From: Staphylococcus phage S6
Sequence record: LC680885.1
Length of the DNA stretch: 64,000 nucleotides
Strand: one strand, 5' to 3'
In this document: positions 44,445 to 54,095 of the stretch, one piece after another
Layout: each line of letters starts with the position of its first letter
Numbering within the stretch: position 1 is the first letter of the stretch
The notes under the pieces: generated by a model
Database searches by the model: none
What the model was told of the DNA's origin: nothing
The model's input: the letters and a program-made list of their open reading frames with translations, nothing else
Translations under genes and position numbers: made by a program

Positions 44445-45053
44445 ATGCATATTAAAAAATTTAATGATTCACAATTACATTTTATATCTAAAATGATTGA
44501 CAAGGGTTACAATAATAAAACTATTCTTACACTATTCAAAAAAGAGTTCAATGTAGAAACAATATCTGCATATGTAACACAAGTTCGTAGAGGTCAACAA
44601 GGAAAGAATATTAGCCAAAACTATAAATTTGCTATTGATGGCAACTATCCAACTTATTATGAATGGGTAGAATATTTAATTGATAATGATATCTATTATG
44701 GAACTAAATTTGAAGAATTTGGAAATTATATTAAAACTAAAATTGAAGAAGACGATTTATTCTTAATTACTAAAAGTAATACATTTAAATTGATTGCGTA
44801 TTTACAAGAAACTGATAACGGATTTAAAATAGTAAAATCAATAGATGATAAAGTAATTGATGAAAAATTTACACATGATGTTGAAATTAAAGTTAATAAT
44901 ATGTATAAAGTAAATCTAGAAAATAAAAATTCTTATATACTTTTAAATATTGACATTTCAGATAAATATATGGTACTAATGTATATACTTTTATATTCAA
45001 TTAAAGGCATGGATTCTATAATAAATTATCATTTATATAACGACAAAAATTAA
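44445..45053 (+). CDS. hypothetical protein (202 aa)
   Basis: SD aaAGGAGAtatctattATG. Confidence 0.45.
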   Translation: MHIKKFNDSQLHFISKMIDKGYNNKTILTLFKKEFNVETISAYVTQVRRGQQGKNISQNYKFAIDGNYPTYYEWVEYLIDNDIYYGTKFEEFGNYIKTKIEEDDLFLITKSNTFKLIAYLQETDNGFKIVKSIDDKVIDEKFTHDVEIKVNNMYKVNLENKNSYILLNIDISDKYMVLMYILLYSIKGMDSIINYHLYNDKN

Positions 45054-45068
45054 TTAAGGAGAGATTGA

Positions 45069-45386
45069 ATGTTTTCAATAACTATAATATTAATGATAGC
45101 ACTATTAGTAGTGCTATCATGTTATACTCATAAATTAAATAAAGAGAATAAAGATGTAGATTTAACCGAAAATATGCCTAGATATGCTATGGCAAACAGA
45201 AATGCTAAATTAATCTATATTAAAGCAGATTCTAAAAGTTATTTAAACTATCAGATTAACGAATTCAAAAATAATAAAAGATTCAAAGATTATGGTTACG
45301 AAATTGATAAAGTTGATTGGAATGGAAATATTGTTCATGAGAGTAGAGATAGTGACCTCAAATTGATTAAAGATCGGAGAAGATGA
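45069..45386 (+). CDS. membrane-anchored hypothetical protein (105 aa)
   Basis: N-terminal TM MFSITIILMIALLVVLSCY. Confidence 0.45.
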   Translation: MFSITIILMIALLVVLSCYTHKLNKENKDVDLTENMPRYAMANRNAKLIYIKADSKSYLNYQINEFKNNKRFKDYGYEIDKVDWNGNIVHESRDSDLKLIKDRRR

Positions 45387-45931
45387 TTATGGCCTTAATG
45401 GTAATCACATTGACGCTCATTATAATTGTGCTTATTGCAATTATTCTTTTTCAAGCTAGTCAAATAAAAAATATTAATAAAAATAATGATAGATATTTTG
45501 ACGAAAACGAGTTTTATAATAGTCAAGATATTTTTGGATTTAACAAAAAAGGAATTATGGGTTTTTTAAATATGTCTTTTGCATTGGTTTCAGAATATGA
45601 TAAAGAAGAAAGATTGTATGCGGGTCATTACTTGTTAAAAAATATGAATGCGAAATTCTTGATATTTGATTCTAATCATGTAATATATAAAGAAGTAACT
45701 TCAAAAGAACTACTGTTAGAAAAAGATAAAAGAGAATATCTTTTTTCAAAACAAATAGAAAGACCTAAATTTTATGATCATTGGTCTAATTTAATTCAAA
45801 CTAATAAAAAACTTAACGCTAAGAACTTGAAAAAATTAACGAATGAATACGACAATATTCTAAAACAAAAATTTGACCTAGAACAAATTAATGAATTTAA
45901 AGATTATATGGAAGGAAGAATTACTTTATGA
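45383..45931 (+). CDS. membrane-anchored hypothetical protein (182 aa), first of four genes preceded by AAAGATCGGAGAA
   Basis: N-terminal TM; conserved leader GATTAAAGATCGGAGAAGATGATTATGG. Confidence 0.45.
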   Translation: MIMALMVITLTLIIIVLIAIILFQASQIKNINKNNDRYFDENEFYNSQDIFGFNKKGIMGFLNMSFALVSEYDKEERLYAGHYLLKNMNAKFLIFDSNHVIYKEVTSKELLLEKDKREYLFSKQIERPKFYDHWSNLIQTNKKLNAKNLKKLTNEYDNILKQKFDLEQINEFKDYMEGRITL

Positions 45932-46068
45932 CAGTATTAATAATATTATCCATAATGACTTTTTTAGTTGTAGCATTTGGCATTATTGAGAAAGATGTTG
46001 ATATCCTTGCAACTGGAGCTTTAATTGCATGTTTGGCATTGTTTTACGTAGCTTTTGGGATAATCTAA
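45928..46068 (+). CDS. small two-TM membrane protein (46 aa)
   Basis: MTVLIILSIMTFLVVAFGIIEKDVDILATGALIACLALFYVAFGII; its start overlaps the upstream stop. Below ORF-track cutoff. Confidence 0.4.
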   Translation: MTVLIILSIMTFLVVAFGIIEKDVDILATGALIACLALFYVAFGII

Positions 46069-46098
46069 AAAGAAAATAAAAAGATCGGAGAAATAATT

Positions 46099-46272
46099 AT
46101 GATTATAGCACCTATTTTATTGATAATATCTGTTTTTTTAATAATAGCTTCATTAATATCTTTTGTTATAACAGTTATAAATTTTAATGAAGGAATAGTC
46201 TCTTTAATAATTGCAGTTGCAGGAGGCATATTTTTCTTATTATCTTGTGCATTTGGAATAATGGGTTTATAA
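46099..46272 (+). CDS. small two-TM membrane protein (57 aa), paralogue family with conserved AAAGATCGGAGAAATAATTATG leader
   Basis: MIIAPILLIISVFLIIASLISFVITVINFNEGIVSLIIAVAGGIFFLLSCAFGIMGL. Confidence 0.45.
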   Translation: MIIAPILLIISVFLIIASLISFVITVINFNEGIVSLIIAVAGGIFFLLSCAFGIMGL

Positions 46273-46296
46273 AATTAAAGATCGGAGAAAATAATT

Positions 46297-46488
46297 ATGG
46301 GTACATTTTTGGGAATATCACTCTTAGTGGCTTTTGGATTAACTTTAATCTTCTTTTTATTAACAGCTATATTTGATGATGTTGAAACATTATTAATGAT
46401 AGATATTATCTTAGGTATAATAACTGTAGTACTATTTATAGCCTTAGGTATATTTGCTATACTTGACCAAAGTCAATTTTACTATTAA
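46297..46488 (+). CDS. small two-TM membrane protein (63 aa), paralogue of the previous
   Basis: Same leader AAAGATCGGAGAAAATAATTATG; similar hydrophobic architecture. Confidence 0.5.
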   Translation: MGTFLGISLLVAFGLTLIFFLLTAIFDDVETLLMIDIILGIITVVLFIALGIFAILDQSQFYY

Positions 46489-46517
46489 GAATAAATATTA
46501 AGAGAGGATGATTAGAT

Positions 46518-46787
46518 GTGAATTTATTTAATTTATTTAAAAAAGAAGATAAAAGATTAGCATTAATAAGAAATAAATTTGATGAAGAAAAAATTACTGC
46601 AGTAATCAGAAAAGAAGGTAATAAAATTGAAGTGGAATATTTATTATTTAATGATGAAAATTGCATGATGAGACCTTCTTATTATTCTGAAGAAGATCGT
46701 TTAGAAGTAGAAAACAAAATAAAAGCTGTTATGGCATATTATGGTTATTTAGACAATGACTTTATTATGTATGCAGATGTAATTTAA
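46518..46787 (+). CDS. hypothetical protein (89 aa, GTG start)
   Basis: SD AGAGAGGatgattagatGTG. Confidence 0.4.
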   Translation: MNLFNLFKKEDKRLALIRNKFDEEKITAVIRKEGNKIEVEYLLFNDENCMMRPSYYSEEDRLEVENKIKAVMAYYGYLDNDFIMYADVI

Positions 46788-46897
46788 TTATATTAAAAGA
46801 GGTGTTTAAGTAATGATAACGACATACATTATATTTTCAATTTTAGTACTAGGATTAGTTAATATTATTTCATACAAAAAATCAAAAGCAAAATAAA

Positions 46898-46948
46898 TTA
46901 AAAATTGGAACTAACCTTTCTATATGAGAGGTTAGTTCCTCATATTTG
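46898..46948 (+). terminator. rho-independent terminator
   Basis: GGAACTAACCT ttctatatgag AGGTTAGTTCC + TCATATTTGATTTTTTTT. Confidence 0.75.
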
Positions 46949-47304
46949 ATTTTTTTTAGAAATAATTGCGTTATTTATTATTTCAATTAATTTATTTAGA
47001 AGGAGAGATACATTATATTGATAATTAAAATACTGTTTTTGATATTTTTAGTATTGGGCAATATTTTATTTTTAAATTCATTATTTACAATTATCTTTAA
47101 TGAGTTTGATACATATAAGAGAGAATTAATAATGAATCTTATATCACTGCTATCAATTTTTACTGCATTATGGTTATACTCATTAATTTAAATCAACTAG
47201 AAAAATTTTAATGTTTTTAAGGAAAATTTCTAGCTTTTTTATAAAAAATTTGTTATAATAAATAACGTTATAGTATTAAATAATTTTTGGAGAGTGAATG
47301 TTAA

Positions 47305-48606
47305 ATGTCAAAATTAACTAGCAAAATTAATGATTTGATTAAATCAAACCCATCAGTGTACGGTAAAGAAGATAATTACACGCCTATGTATGAATCAGGA
47401 GTTGACTTATTGGACTATAGAAATGGTTTCTTAAATACTGTTACAGATGATGAACGTATTGGATTAATGGGCGGTAAAGTAACTACATTTATTGGTGGAT
47501 CAGGTTCAGGTAAAACAACACTTGCTATTCAAGCAGCAGCAAAAATTGTTGAAAAATATGAGAACTCAAGTGTTATTCATTATGACTTTGAAGATGCAAC
47601 TACTGATGAACGTATTTATCAAGTAACAGGTTGGTCTAAAGAAATGAAACAAGAAAAATACACTAAATTAAATAAAAAGATTAGTTTAGATTCAGTAGAT
47701 CAATTAATTCGTGGTATCCGTGATACTAAATTAGAAAATGAAGAAGAATTCACTATCCATACAGACAAAATTGATCCAGAAACTGGAGAAAAAGTTTCAT
47801 TCATGGCTCCAACAGTAGTTATCATTGACTCTGTTGCTACAATGGCTTCTAAAGAAATTGATGATAAAGATGGTGAAGGTGGACAAATGAATGCCACTAA
47901 ACAAGCTAAAGATAATACAACATTCATTAAACGTATTATTGGTTCATCTACATTAAATTCAGCTAATATTATGCTTATTTTAATTAATCATATTACAACT
48001 AAAATTGATATCAATCCATATGCAGCTACACCTAAAGAATTAAACTATCTTAAACAAGGTGAAGCATTACCAGGTGGTAAAGCAATCAACTATATGGCGA
48101 ATAACATGTTTAAGATTAGTCCATCACAGGCTTTAGATCCAGAAGGAAATTCTAATCAAGCTAAATATGGAATTAAAGGTTTTATCAATACAGTTGAAGT
48201 TATTAAATCACGTTCAAATGCAGCTGGTGCTAAATTTGATTTAATCTTTGAACAAAAGAATGGCTTTAATAATGCTTTATCAAATCTATTGTTCTTACAA
48301 AGTGAAAAAATGCTTAAAGGTAATCCAAGAGCTTATCGTATTGATGGTTATGATGATGTTAGCTTTACACTTAAAACATTTATGGATAAATATGAGAGTA
48401 ATAAAGATTTTAAAGAATACTTTGATAACTATGTTAAAGGTATCTATAAAGAAAAATTCTTAGCTAATATTGAACATGAATCTAGTTTAGATAATGAAGA
48501 ATTAGAATTAGTTGAATTAGTTAATAAAGATGAAGATATTTGGTTAGGTTCAGACGGTAATTATTATGATTCTGATAAAAATGCTATAGAAGTATCTAAA
48601 GATTAA
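47305..48606 (+). CDS. RecA/UvsX-like recombinase
   Basis: Walker A GGSGSGKTTLAIQAA; IIDSVATM (Walker B region); LILINHITTKIDIN and ALPGGKAINYMANNMFKI match RecA LLIFINQIRMKIGV / TTGGNALKFYASVRLDIRR. Confidence 0.7.
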   Translation: MSKLTSKINDLIKSNPSVYGKEDNYTPMYESGVDLLDYRNGFLNTVTDDERIGLMGGKVTTFIGGSGSGKTTLAIQAAAKIVEKYENSSVIHYDFEDATTDERIYQVTGWSKEMKQEKYTKLNKKISLDSVDQLIRGIRDTKLENEEEFTIHTDKIDPETGEKVSFMAPTVVIIDSVATMASKEIDDKDGEGGQMNATKQAKDNTTFIKRIIGSSTLNSANIMLILINHITTKIDINPYAATPKELNYLKQGEALPGGKAINYMANNMFKISPSQALDPEGNSNQAKYGIKGFINTVEVIKSRSNAAGAKFDLIFEQKNGFNNALSNLLFLQSEKMLKGNPRAYRIDGYDDVSFTLKTFMDKYESNKDFKEYFDNYVKGIYKEKFLANIEHESSLDNEELELVELVNKDEDIWLGSDGNYYDSDKNAIEVSKD

Positions 48607-48612
48607 TTTTTA

Positions 48613-48668
48613 AAAGGGATAATTCCAATGAAGATAATATACTTCATTGGAACCCTTTAATTCAAATT
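48613..48668 (+). terminator. rho-independent terminator
   Basis: GGG..TTCCAATGAAG ataatatac CTTCATTGGAACCC + TTTAATTC. Confidence 0.55.
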
Positions 48669-48758
48669 TTGGTTCAAATATATATTATAAGATTGTAGAA
48701 TATTAAGAGCATGATATTCTACAAATATATTCATTATTATAGGAGAGTGTATTAAGAT

Positions 48759-50900
48759 ATGACAAAAGACAAAACACAAAGAATGGTAGAAATTGAAGAT
48801 AAGCGAAGTCATGAGTTTTTATCAGAACCTCTATTAATGCCTAACGTTAATAGAACTAATGGTAACAGATCACAAATGTTTACATCTCACATTGGTCAAT
48901 GTATTCAATTAACTGGAGCTGAACCACCTTTAATTCAAACTGGTTTTGAAAATCAAGTAGGTAAATATTCAACTGGATACAAGAAAGCTAATAGAGATTT
49001 TGAAGTTATTTATAAATTTGAAAAGAATAAGTACGTTAATTACTATTTAATTAAGTACAAAGATAATGATGAATATGATGTAATTATTAGAGAAGAAGCT
49101 AATCACTTAGCTGAGAAGTTCGGAAATAAATATAATAATGATGAAATTGATAAACTAAAAGTTGGAGATACTGTTAGTAAAGAAACTGTATTATTTAAAG
49201 ATCAAAACTATGATGAAGATAATAATTTCCAATATGGTGCTAATGCAACTTCTGTATTCTTACCATTCAAAGGTATGACGAATGAGGACGGAATTGTAGT
49301 ATCAGAATCATTAGCAGAGAAAATGTCAAGTTATTTTGTAAATGTAATCAATATCACTATCAATACAAACGATATTCCTTTAAATTTATATGGAAATGAA
49401 GATGAGTATAAATCATTTCCAGATGTAGGTGAAGAAGTTCAAAATGGAGTATTGTGTGCAACTCGTAGATTGAATTACGATGAGATTATTCATAAATTTA
49501 AAAATGAAATGCTTACTAAAACATTAGAAGATGATAATGCTTATAAAGTTCACGGTAAAGTTATTGATATTGATGTACTTAATAATGAAGATATTGAAAA
49601 ATTAGAAAATCAAAAATATTCAGAGCAATTTGTCAAGTATATTAAAGAATTAAGACACTTTTATAAAACATTTGTAACTGTTACAGATGATATTGTACGT
49701 AAAAAGAAATTTAGTAATGACTTAATTAGAATTCATAATAAATTTAAAGGTTATATTGATGATAACGCTAAATTAGTTTATGACAATAATCAATTTGATA
49801 AAATTATCTTTAGAGTTAAAGTTTTAGAAAAGAAACCTTTAGTTCATGGATCGAAAATCACCACACGCTATGGGGGTAAAGGAGTCGTAGCTGAAATTGT
49901 ACCTGATGATCAAATGCCAATGATCACAGAGTTCGATGGAGAAGACTTCACTAAAGATTCTACTAAAACACCAATTAGTAAACGAGTAGATTTAATCCAT
50001 AATAATATGGGTATCATTAACCGTGGAAATCCATCAGCTTTAATTGAGTTAGAATTAAATCATGTATCAAATGTAATAAGACATCGTATAAGTAAATTAG
50101 ATGATGTTAATCAACAGAAAGAATATCTATTAGGATATATTAAAGATGTAGATAAAATTTCATACGATAATTATGTTAAATTATTTAATCAATTAGATTT
50201 ATCTGAAACTAAAGAAGCTATTAATGAAATTATTAAAGAAGGTATTGTATTACATCAAGCACCATTCTTTGGCAATATTGATTCAGAACAATTAAGATAC
50301 GTATTTAATAAATATAATATTAAGAAAAATAGATTAAATATAAGTAATAGAACATTCATGGTTGGAGATTTATATCACTTAAAACTTAAACATGAACCGT
50401 CTGGTAAATTAAGTGCAAAATCTCTTGACTTTAACAATTACAGTGGAATTCCTACTAGAACTCCAGATAGTAAAAAGTATCTATCAAGAATTAATAATAA
50501 TCCACTTAGAATTGGCGAGATGGAAACATCTAATATGATGATCGGTGGATCTATTAAAGCAATCAATCAATTAACGAATATGTATTCAAATAACCCAGAT
50601 ATGCGTAAACGTTTATTAGTTGAATTGTATACAGGTAATCCATTTAAGATCAATACAGAGAGTATACAAAAACGAACTCAAAATAATAATACTAAAGTAC
50701 TTAATGCTTACTTTAGTCCATTGAATGTTAGTATGACATTTGATGAACCTGAAGAAGATGAATTACTAGATATCATGGATTTAAATGAAGACCAATTAGA
50801 ATTCTTAATGGAAAAATACGAAAATTTAGATGATATCAATGATTTAACACCTCAAGAAATAAATGGTTTAGTTAAAGAAATTATTGAAGAAAGTAAATAA
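48759..50900 (+). CDS. RNA polymerase beta subunit C-terminal-half homologue (second, distinct beta-like protein)
   Basis: [12 protein letters not shown]...PLIQTGFEN ~ RpoB NMQRQAVP...[24 protein letters not shown] ~ [36 protein letters not shown] ~ [40 protein letters not shown] ~ [20 protein letters not shown]. Confidence 0.75.
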   Translation: [713 protein letters not shown]

Positions 50901-50907
50901 ATAAATG

Positions 50908-50940
50908 GGAGTAATGATCATTATTTTGATCATTACTCCT
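50908..50940 (+). terminator. rho-independent terminator
   Basis: GGAGTAATGATCA ttatttt TGATCATTACTCC + TATATTT. Confidence 0.65.
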
Positions 50941-50953
50941 ATATTTAAAGGAT

Positions 50954-51508
50954 GTGTTTAAAATTTATCCTGATTACGATGAATTTTTAAAGAAAGAGTT
51001 AGATCGCTTTGGAATTGATACAGATAGCATAGCTTATCATTCTGATCTTAATTACAATTATTGTAAAGAGAAATTAGAATCAATTGAAAAGGAAGATAAA
51101 GAAATGGAATTTAATTATTTGAATTTAGAAGATATATCTTTAAATAAAGAAGAGACAAGTGGAGTTATGACTATAAGAGAATTAGTAAATACTATTGATC
51201 ACTTGATATATACAGAAAATGAAGTTACACCTCTATACTACTTCTTTATGGATAAAATCGATTCACTTCCTATGATTAATATGATTACTTATAAAAAGGC
51301 AGCTAACACATTCTATGAAGAGTATAAAAGATATAACACTGGAAATCATTCAGCTTATATAAATATTAAAGGAGAATGGAAACAGTTATCATTTAATCAA
51401 TTTAAAGAATCTTTAAAAGAAGTTTTATTATCTTCACATAAAGAAAGCAATGTTGATAAATTATTTAAAGAGTTAAATAATTTAACTGTAAAAGATAATT
51501 TTTCATAA
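50954..51508 (+). CDS. hypothetical protein (184 aa, GTG start)
   Basis: SD AAAGGAtGTG; ORF. Confidence 0.45.
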   Translation: MFKIYPDYDEFLKKELDRFGIDTDSIAYHSDLNYNYCKEKLESIEKEDKEMEFNYLNLEDISLNKEETSGVMTIRELVNTIDHLIYTENEVTPLYYFFMDKIDSLPMINMITYKKAANTFYEEYKRYNTGNHSAYINIKGEWKQLSFNQFKESLKEVLLSSHKESNVDKLFKELNNLTVKDNFS

Positions 51509-51549
51509 TTATTCTTAGATCAAAATTAGTAATAAGTATATATTATAAA

Positions 51550-51600
51550 TATGAGACAATGTTCATTAACTTGATCATTGTCTCATATATTGTTTTATTT
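51550..51600 (+). terminator. rho-independent terminator
   Basis: ATATGAGACAATG ttcattaacttgat CATTGTCTCATAT + ATTGTTTTATTTTTT. Confidence 0.7.
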
Positions 51601-51617
51601 TTTATAAAAATAAGGAG

Positions 51618-53507
51618 ATGAATTGGATAATGGAAAATAATACATTAAATTCGTATATAAAGGATAATTTTAAATATTTTAAAGATGATAAATTAGAAAT
51701 TGATAAAATATTTAAATTTAAAGATGATAAGACTAAAGAAAAATTTGAAATGTTTTTTAATGGAGTTATATATACATTGAAAAATTTAAGTTATAGTGAA
51801 GTATCTAAAATGTATAATGAAACAATTAAAGAGAAAAGTAATGTTCAAGGTAAAGCTGAAAGTTATATAAATTATTTAAATAATGAATTGAAAAATAGAG
51901 GACTAGATGAAGAAACTAAAAAACTTTATAAAGATTTATTAATGACTTTAAAAGCTGATTTGAAAAGATATAATGCTAATTTAGATGACAGCATTATAAA
52001 TAAATTATTCAAAAATAAGAATATATCAATATCTTATTATAGTTTAATAGTACCTTATAATATTGCTAACGAAATTGAATTTAATAAAAACTATTATAGT
52101 TTTCTTGGATTAGATGATTTCACTAAATTCATAATCTTTCCATATTATCAACTTCTATATTTATCTAAAGGTAATCTAAAAAATATTCATATAAAGAATA
52201 CAGACATAAATCTTCATAGTTACTTTATTGATATAATAAAGAAGTATATTAGAAATTTAATAGATAATAAAGATTTAGATACATTAAAAGAATTATTAGA
52301 CGTATTAACAAATGAGCACGAATATTTAAGATCTCTAAGACATACCGACTATAGAAAAGGTAATGGAAAAAATTTATTAGAGTTACTAATAGAAATGAAT
52401 TTTAATGAATTTAAGGAAATATTATATGAAATGATATATATTATAATGAATAATAACTTGAAAAAAGAATTAAAATCAGAAATGAATTATGATATATACA
52501 AGCATAGTATACTTTTAGTAAGTTTAATGAATAATGAGGTAGAAGAACATAGACAAACTAAATTTAATAGTAAATTTTTAATAGAGAGTAATAATACAAT
52601 TAGAGCAACTGCTATTTCAGATTCATACGGTAAAAATGAGTACTACCAAAATAACTTATTAGGTCACTATATTAATGATCTATATGTAGATAAAAATAAA
52701 ATAAATAAATTTAAAAGAGTTAATAAAGTTAGAAGTTTTAAATCTTTTATTTATTTAACTAACCAAAGATGTATTATCGGTGGTGAGAAATATTATAAAT
52801 ACTTGTATAAATATTTATTTGATCCAAGTAATTTAACTAGAGAAGAGTTTGAAGTATCTACATTATTAATTAAATTAATAACTTGTAAATCTAGTAATCA
52901 ATTAAAGAAAGTTATGGAAAATGCTAAAACTGACTCTGTATTAAATAATATTTTATTTGAAAATGAAATTAGTGATATAATTAAAATTGGTATACAGATG
53001 AATATTAATACTATATTCAATAAAAAAGGTTTAAGTAAAATTAATACAGTTGATTTAACTGTAGGAAATATTGTAAATCCTTTGTTATATAATAAAGCAA
53101 ATGATTATGAAGAACAAACAGAAATCATTGATTCAGTATTTAAAAATTTTACTTATGATATAGATATCAATTTTGATAAATATTATTATAAAGATTTAAA
53201 TGAATATTTTGAAAATAAATTAAATTTAGGTCTTCTAAAAGAATCAAATATAGATATTAGTATTAATATTAATTATAATAAAATTGCAAAAACTATTGTA
53301 AATAATATTAAAGATAAGCTTAGAGGAAAATATCATTTTGAAAGGAATGAATTTATTATTACTTACGATAAGATGAATATTACTCGTTTAACCACTACAG
53401 AATTTTGTAATGGTTTATGTGAATATTTAAGTAAATACTTCCCAGAAGAAGCTAAAAAGTTAAATAAGAGTTTTAGAGCTGAAATTGTAAATACAATGTT
53501 TAGATAA
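51618..53507 (+). CDS. large hypothetical protein (probable start ATG 51630)
   Basis: Conserved block AAGGAGATGAATTGGATAATG; N/K/Y-rich ~625 aa. Confidence 0.5.
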   Translation: MNWIMENNTLNSYIKDNFKYFKDDKLEIDKIFKFKDDKTKEKFEMFFNGVIYTLKNLSYSEVSKMYNETIKEKSNVQGKAESYINYLNNELKNRGLDEETKKLYKDLLMTLKADLKRYNANLDDSIINKLFKNKNISISYYSLIVPYNIANEIEFNKNYYSFLGLDDFTKFIIFPYYQLLYLSKGNLKNIHIKNTDINLHSYFIDIIKKYIRNLIDNKDLDTLKELLDVLTNEHEYLRSLRHTDYRKGNGKNLLELLIEMNFNEFKEILYEMIYIIMNNNLKKELKSEMNYDIYKHSILLVSLMNNEVEEHRQTKFNSKFLIESNNTIRATAISDSYGKNEYYQNNLLGHYINDLYVDKNKINKFKRVNKVRSFKSFIYLTNQRCIIGGEKYYKYLYKYLFDPSNLTREEFEVSTLLIKLITCKSSNQLKKVMENAKTDSVLNNILFENEISDIIKIGIQMNINTIFNKKGLSKINTVDLTVGNIVNPLLYNKANDYEEQTEIIDSVFKNFTYDIDINFDKYYYKDLNEYFENKLNLGLLKESNIDISININYNKIAKTIVNNIKDKLRGKYHFERNEFIITYDKMNITRLTTTEFCNGLCEYLSKYFPEEAKKLNKSFRAEIVNTMFR

Positions 53508-53523
53508 AAAGGAGAAATTAAAG

Positions 53524-54078
53524 ATGGATGTTAAAAAAACGTTTAATGCAGATATTATGGAGACAGATAGAAGAATTTTCTATAACATTATTAACGTAGA
53601 AATGTCTCTTAGTGATAAAAGAAAAATGTATAATAAAGTCAATGATGAAAATGAGGTTTTAACATATGTATTTGATAGTTACACAGATTACGTATTGATG
53701 GAAAATGAAGGTATAATGACTATGGCAAAAGATTTAAATGATTTCATTAAACATTCTATTTTCGATTACCATTTTTCCTCTTTAATAAAACAATTTTTAC
53801 CTTCGACCAACTTCCGGAATTTTGGAGATTTTGTCCTTATGTTAGAAAGAGAATTATTTGCACCTAATCAAGAAACTTTAAGTCAATTCTCTTCAAAAGA
53901 TGATATAATTTATGTGTACTATAATACTACTCTAAATAAAATAATTATTGTTGATCACATTATGTACTTAAAAGCACTAATGGAGTACGTTAAAGAAGAA
54001 AAAGATTTCTATGAAGATTTATATATAGAATTTGAAAAAGAAGTTAAAAAATATTTAGTTGAAAATAACTTTAAATAG
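53524..54078 (+). CDS. hypothetical protein, member of the C-terminal '..V.N.FK' family (ends KKYLVENNFK)
   Basis: Same C-terminal motif as the 58524-61863 array and the 19442/20357 genes. Confidence 0.5.
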   Translation: MDVKKTFNADIMETDRRIFYNIINVEMSLSDKRKMYNKVNDENEVLTYVFDSYTDYVLMENEGIMTMAKDLNDFIKHSIFDYHFSSLIKQFLPSTNFRNFGDFVLMLERELFAPNQETLSQFSSKDDIIYVYYNTTLNKIIIVDHIMYLKALMEYVKEEKDFYEDLYIEFEKEVKKYLVENNFK

Positions 54079-54095
54079 AGGAGAGATAATATTTA

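Noticed and set aside
48248-48463. ORF 48248..48463 (+) inside the recombinase gene
   Set aside because: It is an alternative frame fully inside the RecA/UvsX-like CDS, with no RBS and a low-complexity product.
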